Shown piece by piece: positions 1 through 8,601 of a stretch of 32,642 nt of DNA (position 1 is the first letter of the stretch; each line of letters opens with the position of its first letter). Source of the DNA: Nostoc sp. DedSLP01 (GTDB lineage Bacteria; Cyanobacteriota; Cyanobacteriia; Cyanobacteriales; Nostocaceae); assembly GCA_034530875.2 (NCBI GenBank), contig JAVRCJ020000050.1, forward strand, positions 16,790-49,431. Direction: 5' to 3'. Both the position numbers and the translations under genes were made by a program. Under the pieces are notes generated by a model. That model had not been told where the DNA came from and ran no database searches. It saw only the letters and a list, made by a program, of their open reading frames with translations.

Positions 1-9
1 GAAATAACC

Positions 10-60
10 ATGAAGAAAGTAAACAAGAATGGTCGTTACCTCGGCACATTGTTAGGCTAA
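10..60 (+). CDS. Candidate small peptide MKKVNKNGRYLGTLLG (possible precursor peptide); alternatively the 3' end of a gene running in from outside the window
   Basis: ATG at 10, TAA at 58-60. The frame is also open back to position 1. Followed by strong stem-loops and a CgnB/E-like gene. Confidence 0.4.
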   Translation: MKKVNKNGRYLGTLLG

Positions 61-184
61 TATTTTTCGATTAGCTAATTAGCATTTAAATTGCAATTTT
101 AAGAGGTTTTTTAATCAGCCTCAAAAATTCAGAAAATATGTGAATCTGAGTTTTAATTAGAGTATGCAATTTAAATACATCACA

Positions 185-218
185 AATTAATAGGAGGTAT
201 AAATCCCTCCTATTAATT
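185..218. terminator. Stem-loop / probable intrinsic terminator or RNA-stabilising hairpin
   Basis: Perfect 13-bp inverted repeat AATTAATAGGAGG (185-197) / CCTCCTATTAATT (206-218). Confidence 0.6.
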
Positions 219-380
219 CAAAAAATAATATTTTGGATTAACCAAATAATATTAATAGAGTATTAAAATCTCAGAATCAATTAATTGTATACATTTGTCG
301 GTTTGAGTGCAGATATCGCGAAATATAGCATTTCAAGTTGTTTTTGAGTAAGTTCTGTAAAGAATCAACATTTTCTATTT

Positions 381-1448
381 ATGGATATTATCAAGATGGA
401 AACTATACTCATCCGCCCACAATACCTTCGTCAATATGGCTCTAGCAAGGATGTTCATTTTTGCCTTGTCACTAACTCTTCTTTAGTAAACCAGTTCCAA
501 ATTGCAGAAAATAGTGACTATACTTCCACAAAGATTGTGCCTTATGATGCAGAGCGATCGCTTGAACAGTTGTTTGACGAGAGTATTCCTGAGCCAGCCC
601 ATGTTCTTGTCATTTCTCCCCAATACTTCTTGGAGTCTCCTGCACCCGAAAAGCTGGGACAGCGCAAGTTAGTTGTCATGCCTTGCAATTCTACACCAAC
701 GCCACTATTAGCGATTGAGCATTTTTTGGGAATCATGGAGCGCACCGATCCCGAAAAACTAGAAGCCTTTGCCGATCGCTTCTTCGATTTGGGAAGGAAT
801 AGCGAGTATCTGGAAATTATCAACGAAACTCAAGGTACTAAAGCAATCTTTGAACATTTAGATGAGAGCTATGAGTGGAACCAACAAGCAGGATTTATCG
901 AATGGGGAGAGCAGCAAATTGCCCCAGCAGGGGAACTCAGCGCCTTACCCGATGACATCATGCGATTTAACGCCAACCTCAGACTAGCGGTAAACGGCGA
1001 GATTGCATTGCAAGGTCAGCCTACAGTCCACTCAGGAGCAGTTTCCTTTTTACCCGAAGACCAAACGCGAATTTACAAGGCGCTTGAGTGTATGCGCTCA
1101 AGCGCAGTCATTGCTACCGTTAAAAATGGTCTGATTACAGAGTTACGGGCATCTCATCCAGAAGCTCAACCAGCAGTTGATATGTTCAATAATATGTTCG
1201 TGTTAGATTCGCGTTACCGGATTATTTGGGAAATGGGATTTGGCATTAATACTGCTCACGAACTCCTACCTGGAAATTTTGGTATGAACGAAACCTATGG
1301 CGGCAGTAACGGAGTGTTCCATTTAGGAATCGGTTTGACACCTTACACTCAGTATGCGCTGATTCTGCTTTGCCCAGATACCCAAGTACTGGGTCGCAAT
1401 GGAGAGGCACTTGTTGGTAAATCGGCAATGCTTTCAACAACAAGGTAA
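381..1448 (+). CDS. M29/aminopeptidase-T-fold protein, CgnB/CgnE-like; probably catalytically degenerate (start may be ATG 396)
   Basis: PAGE motif, WEMGFGIN, MNETYGG and GVFHLGIG match the C-terminal domain of the thermophilic metalloprotease (M29) fold. The final HxD is replaced by ALI. Confidence 0.6.
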   Translation: MDIIKMETILIRPQYLRQYGSSKDVHFCLVTNSSLVNQFQIAENSDYTSTKIVPYDAERSLEQLFDESIPEPAHVLVISPQYFLESPAPEKLGQRKLVVMPCNSTPTPLLAIEHFLGIMERTDPEKLEAFADRFFDLGRNSEYLEIINETQGTKAIFEHLDESYEWNQQAGFIEWGEQQIAPAGELSALPDDIMRFNANLRLAVNGEIALQGQPTVHSGAVSFLPEDQTRIYKALECMRSSAVIATVKNGLITELRASHPEAQPAVDMFNNMFVLDSRYRIIWEMGFGINTAHELLPGNFGMNETYGGSNGVFHLGIGLTPYTQYALILLCPDTQVLGRNGEALVGKSAMLSTTR

Positions 1449-1489
1449 TACAGAAGAACAATGCAGAATTCAGAATAGAGAATTCAGCC

Positions 1490-2923
1490 ATGAATCAAGA
1501 GTTTGGTTTGTTAATTGATGGCAACTGGTGTAATGGCAGCGATAATCGCTTTGGAGAATTAATCGATCCAGCTAACGAACAGGTAATAGGACGGGTAGCT
1601 TATGCAAGCCAAACCGATCTCGATCTTGCCCTCGCTGCTGCCAAAAAAAGCTTTTTAACTTGGGGTGACACGCCAGTAAATACTCGCGTGAAGATACTAG
1701 ATCGAGCAGCAACATTACTTTACGAACGTATTGATGCTGCGGCAGTTTTGCTGACCTGCGAACAAGGTAAACCACTCAGGGAATCTCGCCAAGAATTGAT
1801 CCGAGCAGCCGAAACTATTGCTTGGAATGCCAAAGAAGCAGAACGAATTCTAGAGGCTCGTAATTTTCCTGTGGGCGACTATCGCAGGTCGATCGTACCT
1901 GAACCAATTGGTGTTGTTGCTGCCTTTGCACCGTGGAACTATCCAGCGGTTGTTTGTGCCCGAAAAATAGCACCAGCACTTGCTGCTGGCTGTACAATAA
2001 TTCTCAAAGCTGCGGAAGAAACTCCAAGTTCAGCTGTGGCGATCGCAACGGCATTGATTGATGCCGGATTGCCACCTGGTGTACTCAATTTAGTTTTTGG
2101 CGATCCGCCAGCGATTTCTCAACACCTTCTCGCTTCGCCAATTATTAGGAAGCTTTCTTTCACCGGTTCGACAGCAGTTGGCAAACAACTAGCAAAGCTA
2201 GCCGCAGATAATTTGATACGCTGCACTCTAGAACTTGGCGGTCATGCACCAGCGATCGTTTTTGCAGATGCAGATGTTGATGCTGCCGCCGAAGCGATCG
2301 CAACTTACAAGTTTAAAGGCTCCGGTCAAAGTTGCAATGCACCCAGCCGAATTTATGTGCATGAAACCCTCTATGAACCATTCCTCAAACGGTTCACAGA
2401 ACTTGTACAAAATATTCGCGTTGGTGACGGTATGGACGAGAACACTGATATGGGGCCAATGGCAAACCCTCGTCGCCTAGCAGCAATGGAACGCTTAGTT
2501 GCTGATGCAGTAACTAAAGGCGGATGTGTAGTAACTGGAGGAAAAAGGCTGCCAAGACCAGGATATTTCTTTTTGCCTACGGTACTTACTGAAGTTCCAG
2601 ACAATGCAGCCATTATGAATGAAGAACCATTCGGCCCGGTCATCCCCATCGCACCTTTTGCTGACTTCGATCGAGTAATTCATCAAGCAAATAGTAATCC
2701 TTATGGACTTGCAGCTTACGTGTTTAGCAGTTCGCCTACAGTAGCAGAAGCCGCCGCTAGGGCTTTAGAGGTAGGTAGTGTTGGCATTAATCAGCTAAGT
2801 GGAGTGCCTCCTAATGCACCAGTAGGAGGTGTTAAGGATAGTGGGTATGGATATGAAGGCGGAACTGAAGGACTCGAAGCTTTTCTTAACCTCAAGTTGC
2901 TCAGTCAAAAGGTCTTTTCTTAA
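1490..2923 (+). CDS. NAD(P)-dependent aldehyde dehydrogenase (succinate-semialdehyde dehydrogenase-like)
   Basis: PWNYP, KAAEETP, FTGSTAVG, catalytic Glu in LELGG, catalytic Cys in GQSC, EEPFGP, GGVKDSGYG. Confidence 0.93.
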   Translation: MNQEFGLLIDGNWCNGSDNRFGELIDPANEQVIGRVAYASQTDLDLALAAAKKSFLTWGDTPVNTRVKILDRAATLLYERIDAAAVLLTCEQGKPLRESRQELIRAAETIAWNAKEAERILEARNFPVGDYRRSIVPEPIGVVAAFAPWNYPAVVCARKIAPALAAGCTIILKAAEETPSSAVAIATALIDAGLPPGVLNLVFGDPPAISQHLLASPIIRKLSFTGSTAVGKQLAKLAADNLIRCTLELGGHAPAIVFADADVDAAAEAIATYKFKGSGQSCNAPSRIYVHETLYEPFLKRFTELVQNIRVGDGMDENTDMGPMANPRRLAAMERLVADAVTKGGCVVTGGKRLPRPGYFFLPTVLTEVPDNAAIMNEEPFGPVIPIAPFADFDRVIHQANSNPYGLAAYVFSSSPTVAEAAARALEVGSVGINQLSGVPPNAPVGGVKDSGYGYEGGTEGLEAFLNLKLLSQKVFS

Positions 2924-2973
2924 CTTTAATAAACTTGTTTATCCAACAATAATGAAGACGAGCATAGCTACCT

Positions 2974-3462
2974 ATGTCAGCAAAAACAACTTTTAATTCC
3001 CAAATCCGTTTAGCCACTCATAATGATGTTCCTAGCATAATCAATATTATGCGCGAGGTTTACATTGAGCATGGTCTGATATTTGAAGTTTCTCAAGAAA
3101 TACCAGATATTTTAGATTTTGATAATATCTACAATCAAAAATCTGCTGCTTTCTTTGTTTTGTTAGTTAAAGAAGAAATTATTGGGACTGTAGGTATCAA
3201 AACAATTAAATCTTCAGAAGCAGAAATTGTCAGGCTTTATCTTAAGCATGATTTTCGAGGTCTTGGTTTCGGCTACCAATTACTTAAAACTGCGATTAAC
3301 TGGGCAAAAGAGCAAGGGAAAAATCATATAGAACTATGGTCTTTTACTCAATTTACCCAAGGTCATAGTCTTTATAATAAATTTGGTTTTACTCAACTTG
3401 CTACGCGCCAAATGAATGATGTTAATAAAACTCAAATGTATGGTTTTGCTTTTTCAAGTTAA
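2974..3462 (+). CDS. GNAT family N-acetyltransferase
   Basis: EIVRLYL...FRGLGFG acetyl-CoA motif A and LYNKFGF motif B; 162 aa. Confidence 0.9.
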   Translation: MSAKTTFNSQIRLATHNDVPSIINIMREVYIEHGLIFEVSQEIPDILDFDNIYNQKSAAFFVLLVKEEIIGTVGIKTIKSSEAEIVRLYLKHDFRGLGFGYQLLKTAINWAKEQGKNHIELWSFTQFTQGHSLYNKFGFTQLATRQMNDVNKTQMYGFAFSS

Positions 3463-3567
3463 ATGCTGTAATTATTTAATTAAATATTCAACTATGTAGA
3501 TATATTTTATCACACTGAGGCGCAGAGACACAGAGAAATATTCTTGACATATTAAGAGGATAATGCC

Positions 3568-4362
3568 ATGAAAAGTAATTATGTTATTTCTGGAGGTAAA
3601 AAGGGTAAAGACCGCCTTAAAATCCTAGCAGAAGTTGTGCAAGAAACTACACTCAACCTTTTAAAAGACATTGGAATAAGCGAAGGAATGCACTGTCTTG
3701 ACGTGGGATGTGGAGGTGGTGACGTAACTATAGAGATAGCTAAATTAATAGGTGCAAAAGGTAAAGTCATCGGCATTGATATGGATAGTAGTATTATCCA
3801 GTTGGTTCAAGAAGAATTTGAACAGCAATTTCCGAATATTGAATTTAGGGCATTAAATGCTTTTGATATTGATGAGCGATCGCAATACGATCTGACTTAT
3901 TCTCGCTTCTTAGTAGCACATTTAACGAATCCTGGAATAGTAACTACAAAAATGTATAATGCTTTAAAACCTGGAGGAGTTGCTATAGTTGAAGAAACAG
4001 ATTTTTCTGGATATTACTGTTATCCAGAATCCCAGGCTTTTACGAGATATCTTGAACTACACCGCCAGGTGATTGACCGCAGAGGTGGAAATGTCGATCT
4101 AGGAGCTAAGGTTCCTAAAATTCTTAGAGCTTCAGGGTTTAAAAATGTTCAAGTTAATTTAGTACAACCAATATTTACAAAACTTTCTGAAAAAATAATT
4201 CCTCAAATAACATTGTTTAATATTAAAGAAGCAATTGTTTCAGAAAAGCTTGCCTCACAAAAGGAGGTAGATTCTCTGTTAGCAGAACTAAGTCAATTTA
4301 TTGAAAACCAACAAAGTATTATAGTCTTTGCGAGATTATTCCAGGTTTGGGGGTACAAGTAA
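3568..4362 (+). CDS. Class I SAM-dependent methyltransferase
   Basis: CLDVGCGGG motif I, VIGID, YDLTYSRF, LKPGG; GAGG RBS upstream. Confidence 0.92.
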   Translation: MKSNYVISGGKKGKDRLKILAEVVQETTLNLLKDIGISEGMHCLDVGCGGGDVTIEIAKLIGAKGKVIGIDMDSSIIQLVQEEFEQQFPNIEFRALNAFDIDERSQYDLTYSRFLVAHLTNPGIVTTKMYNALKPGGVAIVEETDFSGYYCYPESQAFTRYLELHRQVIDRRGGNVDLGAKVPKILRASGFKNVQVNLVQPIFTKLSEKIIPQITLFNIKEAIVSEKLASQKEVDSLLAELSQFIENQQSIIVFARLFQVWGYK

Positions 4363-4369
4363 ATTGAAG

Positions 4370-4582
4370 AAGAATTCAGAAGTCAGAATTTAGGAGCCAG
4401 AATCAATTAGTGGGGGATTCAGACCCGCCACTAATTGTAGCCTTCTCTTTCAGAGACGCTACCGCGAACGGCAACCCGAAGGGTAGACCACTAAATCAAA
4501 GATAAGCGTGGGGGTCTTAAACCCACTTATTCATCTGCGGCTTCGTACAGAATTCAGTATGAATTCTGACTCCTGAATTCTT
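4370..4582. repeat. Nostoc-type MITE-like dispersed repeat with nested small dispersed repeat(s)
   Basis: 21-bp terminal IRs AAGAATTCAGAAGTCAGAATT / AATTCTGACTCCTGAATTCTT (20/21 match), internal hairpins, and an insert at 4441-4482 flanked by duplicated GTAG. Confidence 0.65.
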
Positions 4583-4615
4583 TCTTGATAAAAATATTTT
4601 TAGTTTGATTTAAAT

Positions 4616-5095
4616 ATGAACAAGGGAAGTTTTAATACTGGAACTTTTGAACTAACTGTTGCTATGCTTGTGTCAGGAACAGTTGGTATATTATTTGCTC
4701 TACTCGCAGCTATTTTTTATGCTCTAACTACACTACTTATCAAGTGTCTTGAGGGTGTGCGTCCTCACCTCATCATTCTGATTCATTTGACACTTGGAGT
4801 ATTTTTGCTTTTACCTTTCACCTCTGTTGAAAAAGTTCCTCTTTTTGGCAACCATTGGTACTACCTGCTGGGGTTAGGTGTAATTCACACTGGTATTGTA
4901 TACATCCTGATGTATTCATCCTACCAAAAGCTTACAACACCAGCGATCGCAGTTCTCACTTTTGCAAATCCAGCTAGTGCAATGTTTAGTGATTACGTTA
5001 TCTACAGGCATATCCTAGAGCCAATACAAGGAGTCGGCGTTGCAGTAAATTTAAACTGGTCATTACTACCAACTAACCTGATTTCAAAAATGTGA
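4616..5095 (+). pseudogene. EamA/DMT family exporter, internally deleted (about half length)
   Basis: N-terminal AMLVSGTVG runs directly into second-repeat GILFALLAAIFYA...LGVIHTGIVYILMY...LTFANP. 159 aa versus about 290-300 aa typical. Confidence 0.7.
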
Positions 5096-5163
5096 ACTAA
5101 TCAACAACTCTAGATGTCGAACATAAAATCTTATGTACTACAAATTTTTTGTGGAGAAAGCGC

Positions 5164-6201
5164 ATGTCAATTACTCAGAAAAAGCCTTCCGTCGCAATTG
5201 TCGGAGCGACAGGTATCGTCGGCACGACTTTCTTATCGCTGTTTGAGGAGCGCTCTTTTGAGTATTCCAATTTACATTTAGTCGCGTCATCGCGCTCAGT
5301 CGGTCGTTGCTTAACTGTAAACGGACGCGATTATGAAGTTTGCGATTTGGCGGACTTTAACTTTACGGGTGTTGACATTGCTTTCTTTGCTGCTGGAACG
5401 CCTATTAGTCGTGAGTGGGTTAACAAAGCAGTAGAGCAAGGCGCACTTGTGATTGACAACACCAATGCGTTTCGGATGCATCCCGATACACCACTTGTTG
5501 TACCGCAGGTAAATCGTCATCTATTAGGAGAGCGACCTAAGAGCGGGATTATTGCTAATCCAAATTGCTCAACAATTCCTTTAGTACGGCTTTTACAGCC
5601 GATTGAACAAAGCTATCACGTGAGGCGGGTAATTGTTAGTACATATCAATCTGCTTCTGGTCGAGGTGTTACGGGTATTGAAGAACTCAAAAATGGTTCT
5701 TTACAAATTATCAAAACTCCATTGGAACCACCAGAAGCAAAGCGCTTTCCTGTGGCTTTGGCTTTCAATCTCATTCCTAGCATTGATGTGCTTCTTGATA
5801 ATCACTTCACATTGGAGGAGCAAAAAATGCTTCAGGAGTCGCGGAAGATACTCAACCGTCCTGACTTAGACGTTTCTGCAACTTGTGTCAGAGTACCAGT
5901 TATTAATTGTCACTCAGAAGCAGTTTATTTTGAATGCGATTGCGATCTAAGTCGCGATCGTATAGTTGAATTGCTCCGTCATGCTCCAGAAGTAACAGTT
6001 TATGACGATGAAGCTACGCAAGGTTATCCGACACCGCGAACTATAGGTAATCTCGATTATATTCATGTTGGTCGAATCAGAATTGACCCCAATAATCCCA
6101 AAGCTGGATGGTTTTGGCTAGTTTCTGACAATCTTCGCATCGGTGCAGCTTTGAACGCCATCCAAATCGCAGAAGAGATGATCCAAAGGCAGGTGATTTG
6201 A
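5164..6201 (+). CDS. asd: Aspartate-semialdehyde dehydrogenase (accessory copy)
   Basis: GATGIVG Rossmann motif, catalytic NPNCST, STYQSASG, VRVPV..HSE, DNLRIGAALN; GGAG RBS before ATG 5164. Confidence 0.9.
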   Translation: MSITQKKPSVAIVGATGIVGTTFLSLFEERSFEYSNLHLVASSRSVGRCLTVNGRDYEVCDLADFNFTGVDIAFFAAGTPISREWVNKAVEQGALVIDNTNAFRMHPDTPLVVPQVNRHLLGERPKSGIIANPNCSTIPLVRLLQPIEQSYHVRRVIVSTYQSASGRGVTGIEELKNGSLQIIKTPLEPPEAKRFPVALAFNLIPSIDVLLDNHFTLEEQKMLQESRKILNRPDLDVSATCVRVPVINCHSEAVYFECDCDLSRDRIVELLRHAPEVTVYDDEATQGYPTPRTIGNLDYIHVGRIRIDPNNPKAGWFWLVSDNLRIGAALNAIQIAEEMIQRQVI

Positions 6202-6202
6202 A

Positions 6203-7303
6203 ATGCAAATCCGCGTCCTCAAGTTCGGTGGGTCAACTTTTCAACGTAGTGCTGATTTCAATACCATTGCAGCATTCCTCAAATCTCGACTTGAACAAGA
6301 TAGCGAGAAGCTGGTAGTAGTGGTTAGTGCAATGGCTGGTTCGACGGATGAGTTTCATAAACTCGCTTTGGAAGTCAACACAAATCCATCACCAGAAGCC
6401 CTTGACTCACTTCTGCCACTTGCTGACACCATCGGGGCAAATCTGCTGCGTTTAGCAGTTGAGGCGACAGGTATTTCTGCAAAAGTACTGTCTGGCTATC
6501 AACTAGGTATTGTTACAGACTCCAACTTTTCTCATGCTTCGATCCAAAGAATTGATGGAGCAGTTTTAAAACAAGCACTAACAGAAGTTGATATTGTAGT
6601 AGTTCCTGGTGGTCAAGCAGTAGATGAACGCAACCGTCTCACTTTCCTTGGTAGAAACAGTTCTGACTTTACTGCTGTAATACTAGCGGCGACACTTGAA
6701 CTTGAAAGTTGCGAGATTTTTTCTGATGTCAATGGCATTTATAGCGCCGATCCAAATCTCATCCAAAACGCTAGCCTGCTTGAGGCTGTTTCTTTTGACA
6801 CCGCGATTAACTTTTCACTCAGCGGGGCAAAAGTCTTGCACTATAAATCAGTACAAGTTGCCAAAGATAAAGGAGTGCAAATCGTATGTCGGCATAATCG
6901 GGACGATTATCGCATTGGAACGGTAATCGGTGAAGGTAAGACATCAAAGGCGACCATACTCGATCCTCGGTCGATTGTTCTAGAGTTTGTGTCAAAACGA
7001 GATTTCGAGATTGCCAGATTTAAGCTACAACTAGCCAATGTTCCTGTGATTTTACTCCTAGACGAAAAAGTGCCAATGCTTGTAGTTACTTGCGGTTTTT
7101 TTGATGCTGTCAAGTTCTTAGCTGAGTCTGGTATTGACGCACACCGCCAAAATTCCCTGCTAATTAGTGAATTTAATGGTGATAGCCCAGTACAGAGGCA
7201 CATAGTCAGTACAGGTGAAGCGATCGCATTATGCCAAACAATTCACGATCGCTTGTATAAACATAGCGAAAGTCCAAAACTATCACAAACAAATGTGAGT
7301 TAA
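6203..7303 (+). CDS. Divergent aspartokinase-family amino-acid kinase with reduced regulatory region
   Basis: VLKFGGST, VVVVSAM, LGRNSSD, SDVNGIYSADP, GAKVLH, GTVI. Starts 1 nt after the asd stop. Confidence 0.85.
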   Translation: MQIRVLKFGGSTFQRSADFNTIAAFLKSRLEQDSEKLVVVVSAMAGSTDEFHKLALEVNTNPSPEALDSLLPLADTIGANLLRLAVEATGISAKVLSGYQLGIVTDSNFSHASIQRIDGAVLKQALTEVDIVVVPGGQAVDERNRLTFLGRNSSDFTAVILAATLELESCEIFSDVNGIYSADPNLIQNASLLEAVSFDTAINFSLSGAKVLHYKSVQVAKDKGVQIVCRHNRDDYRIGTVIGEGKTSKATILDPRSIVLEFVSKRDFEIARFKLQLANVPVILLLDEKVPMLVVTCGFFDAVKFLAESGIDAHRQNSLLISEFNGDSPVQRHIVSTGEAIALCQTIHDRLYKHSESPKLSQTNVS

Positions 7304-8335
7304 ATGGATGATATTTACTCTTGGTTTTCTCAAGACTACGCCCAAGCTCAAGAACGCTTCCGAAAAACAACACATTTGTTAGAACGTGGAGTTATAGAAA
7401 TTAGTGATGGTTTGACTATCGACTGGGCTTGGTCGGGAGACTCCCAGTCTCCTCACGTATTGGTCTTCAGTAGCGGACTCCACGGTATTGAAGGATTTTC
7501 TGGTAGTGCTGCTCAACTTTATTTACTGTCTCTTAACCCTAAAATCTCTACACTTTGGTTGCACGTACTCAATCCTTGGGGAATGGCAAATCTGCGACGC
7601 GTGGATAGCGAAAATGTAGACCTAAATCGTAACTTTCTCGCAGAAGAACAGGAGTATCGAGGGGTACATCCCACTTATAGTCTCCTCAATCCTCTGCTAA
7701 ATCCACCCTCACCACCTGTAAAGGATTTCTTTTTATTGCAAGTCATGCAAGCAGTGCTTCAATATGGCTACGAGAATGTGAAAAGCGCTGTAGTGACAGG
7801 ACAATATGAGTATCCCCAAGGTTTATTCTTCGGTGGTAAATCGTTACAGCCTGGGTTATCTCAACTATTATTATTTCTCGATAAGACTCTGAGTCACCGA
7901 CACAAAATTGTACACGTTGACCTTCATAGTGGTCTCGGTAAGTTTGGCGAGATGTCTTTGTTACTTGAAGGAGAGTCTAATCCAGAGCAAGTCGCACGAG
8001 CGCGGCGTGCGTTTGGCTCTAGTTTGAAAAGCCGTTACGATCGCAAAGGTGGCTACCTTGTCCGTGGTGGCTTTACCCGCGCCCTGGCTCAACAACTTGG
8101 GGGTGTCCGCTACGATGGGATTACGTGTGAGTTTGGCACTTATAATATGCTCCGTGTTTTGGCTGCGTTACGCAATGAGAATCGACTACATCACTATGCA
8201 CAGAGAAACTTACTTGCTCACTCAAAGCAGCGATTGTTAGAGACTTTTTCGCCCTCCAATTTGAGATGGCGTCAGAAGGTTTTATTACATACAATAACAG
8301 TTTATAAACAAGCCTGTGTAATGTTAAACGATTAG
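7304..8335 (+). CDS. M14-family Zn carboxypeptidase/deacylase-like protein (DUF2817 type)
   Basis: SGLHGIEG (HxxE), NPWG..RR..ENVDLNRNF, VDLHSG, TCEFGT. ATG directly abuts the upstream TAA. Confidence 0.85.
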   Translation: MDDIYSWFSQDYAQAQERFRKTTHLLERGVIEISDGLTIDWAWSGDSQSPHVLVFSSGLHGIEGFSGSAAQLYLLSLNPKISTLWLHVLNPWGMANLRRVDSENVDLNRNFLAEEQEYRGVHPTYSLLNPLLNPPSPPVKDFFLLQVMQAVLQYGYENVKSAVVTGQYEYPQGLFFGGKSLQPGLSQLLLFLDKTLSHRHKIVHVDLHSGLGKFGEMSLLLEGESNPEQVARARRAFGSSLKSRYDRKGGYLVRGGFTRALAQQLGGVRYDGITCEFGTYNMLRVLAALRNENRLHHYAQRNLLAHSKQRLLETFSPSNLRWRQKVLLHTITVYKQACVMLND

Positions 8336-8400
8336 AGCTTTTTCCGGAGAAGGGGTTTTCTTGGAGTGCGACCGCACAATAACCAACAATCAAAATCAAA

Positions 8401-8437
8401 TGTAACCAGACCCAAAATTTGTCAGGGTCTGGTTACA
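8401..8437 (-). terminator. Intrinsic terminator-like hairpin, U-rich tail on the minus strand
   Basis: Perfect 13-bp IR TGTAACCAGACCC / GGGTCTGGTTACA; the minus strand continues TTTGATTTTG. Confidence 0.6.
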
Positions 8438-8601
8438 CAGCTTCCCAATGCTTTGCAAAAAGTTAAGAATGATGAGGCTGGTCTACTGGTATTAAGTTCG
8501 TAGGGTTTTCCAGGCACAGATAGTCCTCAAGACTCTAATACGGCAGAGTCGGATGACATTGAGTTTTAGGTTTGATACTTGGAGATAATATATTACAATA
8601 C

